A stretch of 64,000 bases of DNA, from positions 32,001 to 96,000 of the IMG/VR virus record IMGVR_UViG_3300030419_007436; one strand, 5' to 3'. The DNA is from a virus. Shown one piece after another: positions 58,762 through 64,000 of the stretch. The translations under genes and the position numbers were made by a program. The notes under the pieces are model-generated. The model saw only the letters and a list, made by a program, of their open reading frames with translations, searched no databases and was not told the DNA's origin. How positions within the stretch are numbered: the first letter of the stretch is position 1; each line of letters begins with the position of its first letter.

Positions 58762-59016
58762 CTATTCAGGGCATTTTACTTGCGACCCAAGTGTACTTGG
58801 ATCAACGGGAGCCTTCAGTCTCACAGGGCTGCATGATCCTTGACCACAATACACCTTTAAGCGTGGATTAATAAGTTTAAACACCCCTTTTTCGTCTTGA
58901 TAGCATGGATATTCTCCTTCTTTCAGGAGTGTTTCTAACAGTTCTTGCTGTTCCAATATATGATCAGTTAAAGATTCTTTGATTAGTTGTTTAAGATTGG
59001 ATTTGGTTAGTTTCAT
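58762..59016 (-). CDS. Class-A leader, four-Cys peptide (paralog of 62258-62518)
   Basis: MKLTKSNLKQLIKES; PCY.DE.GVF.LIN...KVYC....C..VRLK. Confidence 0.75.
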   Translation of the reverse strand: MKLTKSNLKQLIKESLTDHILEQQELLETLLKEGEYPCYQDEKGVFKLINPRLKVYCGQGSCSPVRLKAPVDPSTLGSQVKCPE

Positions 59017-59021
59017 GTTGT

Positions 59022-59336
59022 TTATCCTTCCCACACACTTTCACATGCACTAGGATCTCCTGAGAATTTCTGTAGTCCCAGCGTACGGACCGTATCTTCT
59101 TTGCCCCATTTTTCTAGATAGGCCCGGGCCTGTCTAGCATTATCTTCCGGAGTGTTTCTTCCACCAGCTGCAGCATAAAATTTACGTGCATTGGCAATTG
59201 ACCACCCTAGTTTACACAGCGGCACCTTCTGCGCATTAACATAAGCTAGCACGTTATCAGGATAGGGCTCTTCCATAAGAACGCTTCTTAGTTCTTCTTG
59301 GATAATTTGTCTAAGTTTTGATTTGGTTAATTTCAT
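59022..59336 (-). CDS. Class-A leader small protein
   Basis: MKLTKSKLRQIIQEELRSVLMEE. Confidence 0.75.
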   Translation of the reverse strand: MKLTKSKLRQIIQEELRSVLMEEPYPDNVLAYVNAQKVPLCKLGWSIANARKFYAAAGGRNTPEDNARQARAYLEKWGKEDTVRTLGLQKFSGDPSACESVWEG

Positions 59337-59636
59337 TTTTAGTTTTTTCCTTGTTGTTGGCTATAATAGAGGCCGTAAACCTATAGCTGATAGCTGCTCC
59401 TCATCCATCCCCGGGCGCATGGCACAACTGCGCACATCGCTAGCGGTTTTGGTGGCGTCTTGGCCAACACATTGAGAATTCCACAATCGCGAACATTTAC
59501 TCATACTATAAGCAGGTTCGCCCTGGGCCAATTCTTTACTTACCCTTACACACCAAGCGCTAGCTTCTTCTTCCATAAGAACGCTTCTTAGTTCTTCTTT
59601 AATAATTTGTTTAAGTCTGGATTTTGTTAATTTCAT
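59271..59636. repeat. 66-nt near-identical leader repeat (59271-59336 and 59571-59636)
   Basis: 60/66 identical by manual alignment. Confidence 0.9.
59361..59636 (-). CDS. Class-A leader, four-Cys small protein
   Basis: MKLTKSRLKQIIKEELRSVLMEE; RBS AAGGAG. Confidence 0.75.
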   Translation of the reverse strand: MKLTKSRLKQIIKEELRSVLMEEEASAWCVRVSKELAQGEPAYSMSKCSRLWNSQCVGQDATKTASDVRSCAMRPGMDEEQLSAIGLRPLL

Positions 59637-59753
59637 AGAGGAATCTCCTTACTAATATTAAATAGTATAAAAATACACTAAATGCATATATTTCCTTGAC
59701 ATTATTCCGAGAGTCTGTTAATCTGTATATAAGAATAAAGGAGTTCATTCACT

Positions 59754-60185
59754 ATGAATACAAATACAATCAAAAAGTGTCTCTTGGTTTTTCTCGCATT
59801 GGGGTTGATTTCTTGCGCGAAGAAAGAAGAGACAAAAAAATACCCAGAAGTTAAATGGGTAAAATTTGAAAATTATGTTAATAATAGTTATAAACAGCCA
59901 GTTTTTGTTAATGTAACTGCCGACTGGTGTGCAAACTGTCAATACATCGAAAAGACTGTGTTAGAAACTGCAGAATTTAAAAAATATGTTGAAGAGAAGA
60001 ACGTGTTAGCAGTAGAAGCAGATGTAACGCAAGAAGAAAATTTTAATAAAGTAGAAAATTGGTTTAATGAAGTTACCAAAGAGAACTTTACTGGTGCTCA
60101 AACATATGTTGTTTTTGATAGAGGGAAGACAACAGTATTACAATCACAAAATGATGTGTTGGCTTTTTTGTGGATGTCTAAATAA
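59754..60185 (+). CDS. Thioredoxin-like lipoprotein (DsbD C-terminal-like)
   Basis: GLISC lipobox; VNVTADWCANC; VEADVT. Confidence 0.85.
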   Translation: MNTNTIKKCLLVFLALGLISCAKKEETKKYPEVKWVKFENYVNNSYKQPVFVNVTADWCANCQYIEKTVLETAEFKKYVEEKNVLAVEADVTQEENFNKVENWFNEVTKENFTGAQTYVVFDRGKTTVLQSQNDVLAFLWMSK

Positions 60186-60187
60186 TT

Positions 60188-61201
60188 TTATTGGGGATCA
60201 TATTTTTTAACAAATTCTTCCCATGCTTTATATTTGTCAGAGCCCCCGTATTTCTGCGGCCCTAATCTTTCTATACGCCTTCTGAGTATTTTGGCCCGCT
60301 TCTTACGTCTTTCCGGTGGCAATGACGCCAAACGCTTGTACTCTCTTTGAGAAGCGATATTGCCTCCAAGATTAGGTACCTTGATTCCCCCAATTGGGTT
60401 CCCTGAATCAGGCGCCTGGCTTTTCTTTGGATTTTGCCCTGGAATACGTTTTTTCTTAAGGTTTTTTATAGCCTGCAACGCTTTTGATGCAGTTTGTTTA
60501 TCTGCTTCACCACTAGCGTTTTTTGATTGTGTGCGCAACGATGCAAGAATTTCTTGTCTCTTTTTAGGATCTCTTTCTGCATAATATCGATCAACCAGTC
60601 TTTGAATTTCCTTCGGGTTGACAGTTGCAGGTCCTTTTACTGTCGGCTTTGTTTTTGGATCAGCTTTTTTGGGCCCCGTTGGCGTACTGGATTTTGCTGG
60701 TGCCGCAGGCTTTTTAGCTGCGACTCCCTTCGGCGGAGGACCACCTCTATATTTACACCTAAACCATGTACGGTACGTTGCTCTTTCTGGGTGCTTTGCT
60801 GGCAGCTTTTTCCAGCCTCTGCGCAACGGAGGCCTAGGCCCACACTTACCAGACGTACGTCGACGACTTTTGCTTTTCTTGCTTTTTCTTTTAGTGCTAG
60901 TTGGTTTACCTTTCGTTTGCAGTTTTTTTAATGCAGCCATCCTTTCTTTATCGGTTTTGGTTTCTTTTTGTTTACCTCTATGATCTGCCCATGCTTTTCT
61001 AGAAGGTACCTGTCTTGGGGCTGTACCATCGGCAGGCGTGATCACGCAAAACCACTGCCCTGCTCTGGCGCCTTTCAGTGCTTTGGTACCGGGTGGGCAT
61101 GCATTTGCTGCTGTTACCTTTGATGCTTTTTCTTGTTCAAACAATATATTAGAGATTTCTTCTTGTATGATTTGTTTTAAGTAGAATTTGGTTAGTTGCA
61201 C
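60188..61201 (-). CDS. Class-A leader, Lys/Arg/Pro-rich protein
   Basis: MQLTKFYLKQIIQEEI; RBS GGAGG. Confidence 0.75.
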   Translation of the reverse strand: MQLTKFYLKQIIQEEISNILFEQEKASKVTAANACPPGTKALKGARAGQWFCVITPADGTAPRQVPSRKAWADHRGKQKETKTDKERMAALKKLQTKGKPTSTKRKSKKSKSRRRTSGKCGPRPPLRRGWKKLPAKHPERATYRTWFRCKYRGGPPPKGVAAKKPAAPAKSSTPTGPKKADPKTKPTVKGPATVNPKEIQRLVDRYYAERDPKKRQEILASLRTQSKNASGEADKQTASKALQAIKNLKKKRIPGQNPKKSQAPDSGNPIGGIKVPNLGGNIASQREYKRLASLPPERRKKRAKILRRRIERLGPQKYGGSDKYKAWEEFVKKYDPQ

Positions 61202-61255
61202 AGGACGGCCTCCAATATATATAAATAGTACCTCGGCCCTTAAATCGAAAATTTT

Positions 61256-61462
61256 TTATTCCACTGTAATGCAGAATACGTCCACCCCTCGGCCTAAACA
61301 CCAGAACCGGCTCCCATTTGCCCATTGTACGTACAAATCGCGCTCATGTTCTTGGTCTCTTTCATTGTACCAATACCTAGTTTCCAACACAATACCACTG
61401 AGGGGCGCATCCCCATCGAGGATAACCAGATCGCCAATAATAGCAGTGGTACCGTTACGCAT
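61256..61462 (-). CDS. Small SH3/KOW-like protein
   Basis: IGDLV...GIV...VQW.NG.RFWC. Confidence 0.55.
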   Translation of the reverse strand: MRNGTTAIIGDLVILDGDAPLSGIVLETRYWYNERDQEHERDLYVQWANGSRFWCLGRGVDVFCITVE

Positions 61463-61557
61463 ATAGTAACTATTAACGCGAGATTCGAAAATATTTTTTT
61501 CTTAAGAGTTTAGAATAATTATTGTCAGCATCCAATTGAAGGGCAGATCTGCATGTA

Positions 61558-62076
61558 TTAATGCATGCGTTGGAATTGTTCTAATAACACATCTTTAATA
61601 ATGCGGCGTAGATTTTCTTCGAATGTACCGCTAAAGGTGGCACCGACGCCCTTACCTTTAACTATATCTCCGGCGGTACCCACGCCTGCCGCGCCTAATT
61701 TAACATTTCCTAACTTACTATGCATACCGGTAATCTTTGCTTTTGCAATATCTCCACCGGAGCGCTTCTTAGCTACTTTTGGCGTACGCATAATGATATT
61801 TTTGTTTTTTTCGTACCATTCTTTGTATTTAAAAAAATTGTCGCGCTGCTTTTTATGATTGCCCATCATAGACTCCGCCTTACAAAGGTGAGCTACGCCC
61901 GCTGCTTTGGCATATTTACAAAAATGTTTTACACTTTGGGTAGCTGCAAAACCATCACTAGCGGTTGCTAGGGCAATTGATTTAAATTCTTTATTTTCTG
62001 TATCTGCAGCTGGCGCCACAGCTTCATGTATTTCTTCTTGTATGAGTTGTTTGAGTGTTGATTTAGTAAGCTTCAT
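61558..62076 (-). CDS. Class-A leader protein with Gly/Lys-rich cargo and a C-terminal LRRIIKDVLLE echo
   Basis: MKLTKSTLKQLIQEEI. Confidence 0.75.
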   Translation of the reverse strand: MKLTKSTLKQLIQEEIHEAVAPAADTENKEFKSIALATASDGFAATQSVKHFCKYAKAAGVAHLCKAESMMGNHKKQRDNFFKYKEWYEKNKNIIMRTPKVAKKRSGGDIAKAKITGMHSKLGNVKLGAAGVGTAGDIVKGKGVGATFSGTFEENLRRIIKDVLLEQFQRMH

Positions 62077-62092
62077 AATTATAGCTACCCTT

Positions 62093-62167
62093 CTATTTGC
62101 AGCAGCCGCACTGGCAACAGCAATGCATTGGGTTAAGCCAATTTACTAAGCGATGTAATGTTTTCAT
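62093..62167 (-). CDS. 24-aa Cys-rich metallothionein-like peptide MKTLHRLVNWLNPMHCCCQCGCCK
   Basis: Manual translation; GAGGAG RBS; ACTAGTTAT motif upstream. Confidence 0.6.
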   Translation of the reverse strand: MKTLHRLVNWLNPMHCCCQCGCCK

Positions 62168-62194
62168 GATAGTGTTCTCCTCTGTGTATAATAA

Positions 62195-62227
62195 CTAGTT
62201 CGATGCGCTAGATTTGGTTAGTTTCAT
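62195..62227 (-). pseudogene. Truncated leader relic MKLTKSSASN*
   Basis: First six codons match the class-A leader DNA. Confidence 0.5.
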
Positions 62228-62257
62228 TAGCTAATATACCCTTTTATTTAAGACACT

Positions 62258-62518
62258 TTATCTACTACACCCATCGCCAACCCACTCCCATTGATTTTTT
62301 AAAGAATCGCTGGGCTCACCCTTCAGTCTCACAACTCTGCATGGTTTTTGTTCACAATATACCTTTGAATATTGGTTATCCATATTAATAAGTTCAAATA
62401 CCCCTTCTTCGTCTCTATAACATGGATTTACAGCACCTTCCAGGAGTTGCTGTTCCAGCATTATATTTTGTAATTCTTCTTGTATGATTTGTTTAAGTTT
62501 GGATTTGGTTAGTTTCAT
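62258..62518 (-). CDS. Class-A leader, four-Cys peptide
   Basis: MKLTKSKLKQIIQEEL; paralog of 58762-59016. Confidence 0.75.
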   Translation of the reverse strand: MKLTKSKLKQIIQEELQNIMLEQQLLEGAVNPCYRDEEGVFELINMDNQYSKVYCEQKPCRVVRLKGEPSDSLKNQWEWVGDGCSR

Positions 62519-62646
62519 GGTAAACCCTCGCATAATAAGTAGTTTACAAAAAACTTAAAATCTCAAAAATTGGGCTGCGATTTATACACGTACTTAGTCG
62601 CGCTATAAGTGCCCGTAATCACTACTAGAACATACATTCCGGTATA

Positions 62647-62669
62647 GGAGGGGGGAGGGGGGGTACCCC
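62647..62669. other. G-rich tract G6-A-G7 ending in the palindrome GGGGTACCCC
   Basis: ggaggggggagggggggtacccc in an AT-rich genome. Confidence 0.8.
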
Positions 62670-62671
62670 TT

Positions 62672-62755
62672 TTAAAGGTTTTGCAAAGCTACAACAAAGC
62701 AGATAATTATTGTTACTATTGCTAGGGGAAACACATCTCTTGCTAACTCTTTCAT
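62672..62755 (-). CDS. 27-aa membrane peptide MKELARDVFPLAIVTIIICFVVALQNL
   Basis: Manual translation; immediately after a sigma70 promoter. Confidence 0.45.
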   Translation of the reverse strand: MKELARDVFPLAIVTIIICFVVALQNL

Positions 62756-62762
62756 TATATAT

Positions 62763-62791
62763 ATATTAGCATAGCCTACTGGATATGTCAA
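62763..62791 (-). promoter_or_regulatory. Sigma70-type early promoter
   Basis: A-rich UP region, TTGACA-17-TAATAT with TG extension. Confidence 0.7.
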
Positions 62792-62799
62792 GTACTATT

Positions 62800-62937
62800 T
62801 TATTTTTTAATACTCTCGCGAATACTTTTGGAAGTGACTGTAACCACTGGGGAAACTGTATCCATCCCTACAATGGTGGACTCTGTGGTTGTGGCTAGTT
62901 TCTTTATTAGCTTTTTTATTTCTTTAATCTCGCGCAT
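62800..62937 (-). CDS. 45-aa hypothetical protein
   Basis: Manual translation MREIKEIKKLIKKL... Confidence 0.4.
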   Translation of the reverse strand: MREIKEIKKLIKKLATTTESTIVGMDTVSPVVTVTSKSIRESIKK

Positions 62938-62987
62938 GTTTCTATCTCCACTAAGCGTAAGTTAAACTAAGTCATTGATATTGTTGG

Positions 62988-63179
62988 TTAATTAATTTGG
63001 GGTGTATATACGTTGTGAGGGTTCATGATTGCATCAATTGAGATGAGAGATATAGCAGTAACAATACTGTCCCAGTCTGGCTTACCATCTTCTGTGCATG
63101 TATAGCCGCATTCAAACGGCAAGACTAACAGCAACTCTTCATGCGTTAAATTTTCTTTACTTAATCGTGTACTAAACAT
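62988..63179 (-). CDS. Hypothetical protein
   Basis: Follows promoter 63197-63224; RBS GAGG. Confidence 0.55.
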   Translation of the reverse strand: MFSTRLSKENLTHEELLLVLPFECGYTCTEDGKPDWDSIVTAISLISIDAIMNPHNVYTPQIN

Positions 63180-63196
63180 CTCTCGCCTCTATAGTA

Positions 63197-63224
63197 ACTA
63201 TACCATACCTTAAGGTAAAGTCAA
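63197..63224 (-). promoter_or_regulatory. Sigma70-type early promoter
   Basis: A-rich UP region, TTGACT-16-TATAGT with TG extension. Confidence 0.6.
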
Positions 63225-63402
63225 GTACTTTTTTATTTTTATTACCCTCGCATGTGTAATTGTTACACAGCATATTTGTAGATATTATTCACTTGACAAC
63301 GCTATATATATGTGCTTTATACTACTAGCATTTATCGCTGCTTCTCTTACCACTTCACTGTCGTACCTCTTTTCATCCTTTTATTTCCTGTGGCTCCCTA
63401 CC

Positions 63403-63573
63403 TTATAAGATATTTACTACACCACCTTTATTTGTAACAATACGTACTTGACCGCTGTTGCTCTGACGTTTGGCGTAGTTCTTCGCGTGGATGTATGCTG
63501 TGTTCTCACAACCAAATGGGCCACTCACGACGTACCAATTATTAAAGTTTAGTCTCTGTACAAAATACTTCAT
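63403..63573 (-). CDS. 56-aa hypothetical protein
   Basis: Manual translation MKYFVQRL...; RBS GGGGAG; ATGA overlap. Confidence 0.55.
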   Translation of the reverse strand: MKYFVQRLNFNNWYVVSGPFGCENTAYIHAKNYAKRQSNSGQVRIVTNKGGVVNIL

Positions 63574-63746
63574 TTACTCCCCTTAGTAGTATTTTTATTA
63601 TTATTGCTCTCGCTGTTATTTTGTAGGCTAACACTACCGCTAACACCAGCAGCGCATTTACGATGACCAGTGCTCCACCAATTCTTTTTTGTATGTGCAC
63701 AAAGAGCATCCATCGCTGCATGCCATTCTAAATTTACGCTAGACAT
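63570..63746 (-). CDS. 58-aa hypothetical protein
   Basis: Manual translation MSSVNLEWH...; RBS GGAGG. Confidence 0.55.
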   Translation of the reverse strand: MSSVNLEWHAAMDALCAHTKKNWWSTGHRKCAAGVSGSVSLQNNSESNNNKNTTKGSK

Positions 63747-63774
63747 TGCTGTCCTCCAATCTTTCTATATTAAT

Positions 63775-63803
63775 ATTATCTCACAAGCTGTCGTGTTTGT
63801 CAA
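63775..63803 (-). promoter_or_regulatory. Sigma70-type early promoter
   Basis: TTGACA-17-GATAAT. Confidence 0.65.
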
Positions 63804-64000
63804 GAAGAAAATGCAACCTTTTTATCTGTGCGGTAGTAAGCAATCATTTTGTCACTGTTCCAGCCTGTCCGACCGTAGACTTGACCTTCAAAACTCACGG
63901 CATGTGGCTTTTGTGTGAAGTCATAGTAATCACAACAATCTATCATGACAACTTTAACGCCGTTTGGTAGGGTTTCTGCTTGCTTAACGCTGATTGCATT
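63800..64000 (-). CDS. Partial hypothetical protein (start beyond right edge)
   Basis: Open frame ...DYYDF...YGRTGWNSD...AYYRT. Confidence 0.55.
   Translation of the reverse strand, partial: NAISVKQAETLPNGVKVVMIDCCDYYDFTQKPHAVSFEGQVYGRTGWNSDKMIAYYRTDKKVAFSS

Noticed and set aside
32595-62518. Diversity-generating retroelement, retron or IS as the source of the leader repeats
   Set aside because: No reverse transcriptase, transposase or integrase motifs, and no adenine-specific template/variable repeat pattern.
63293-63323. Plus-strand TTGACA...TATACT promoter
   Set aside because: The spacer is 19 nt and no convincing plus-strand ORF follows.
20-63970. Most plus-strand ORFs in the track (e.g. 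20-304, 4725-5105, 23654-24016, 43823-44242, 47531-48253, 50772-51215, 60527-60983) and short nested minus-strand ORFs
   Set aside because: They are antisense or alternative-frame shadows of well-supported genes, with no RBS or motifs. Only 28399, 28851, 58270 and 59754 are accepted on the plus strand.
1-64000. Cellular chromosome or eukaryotic giant-virus origin
   Set aside because: No ribosomal or core housekeeping operons. The gp55-like sigma, PhoH, small-ORF early region, Shine-Dalgarno sites and sigma70 promoters fit a bacteriophage. Capsid and terminase genes are not in this window, so the assignment remains an inference.

Overview
AT-rich (roughly one-third GC by eye), gene-dense, almost entirely minus-strand segment. 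It is best read as part of a large tailed-phage genome: gp55-like sigma factor, PIN-PhoH, tmRNA, AGGAG ribosome-binding sites, sigma70-type early promoters, and no ribosomal-protein or rRNA genes. Four modules are visible. (1) 3.4-24.5 kb: a 23-gene glycan synthesis and decoration island (gmd/fcl, GT2/4/10/11/47-like, carbamoyl-, sulfo- and methyltransferases, APS kinase, MBL-Rieske protein). (2) 24.5-32.5 kb: nuclease, PhoH, protease, GAPDH-like gene, tmRNA and a Fis-like gene. (3) 32.6-62.5 kb: about 20 otherwise unrelated proteins carry one of two short N-terminal leaders (MKLTKSxLKQxIxEE or MKLLFENWRxYLxE), and one more carries a near-canonical T4 capsid-targeting sequence (MKAFKEYLEE). 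Predicted cargoes include an ADP-ribosyltransferase, kinase-GNAT, nucleotidyltransferase, glycosylase, HAD phosphatase, PPase-like and guanylate kinase domains, and Cys-rich peptides. My main hypothesis is a modular system of virion-packaged, injected effectors. (4) Beyond 62.6 kb: small ORFs behind sigma70 promoters. Sequence-level signals include strong excess of GGCGCC and other all-GC palindromes, about 10.5-bp phased A-tracts at 49.8-50.6 kb, a candidate late-promoter motif that also marks nested gene starts, and an A10 frameshift. All protein family calls come from motif recognition by eye; no database searches were run.
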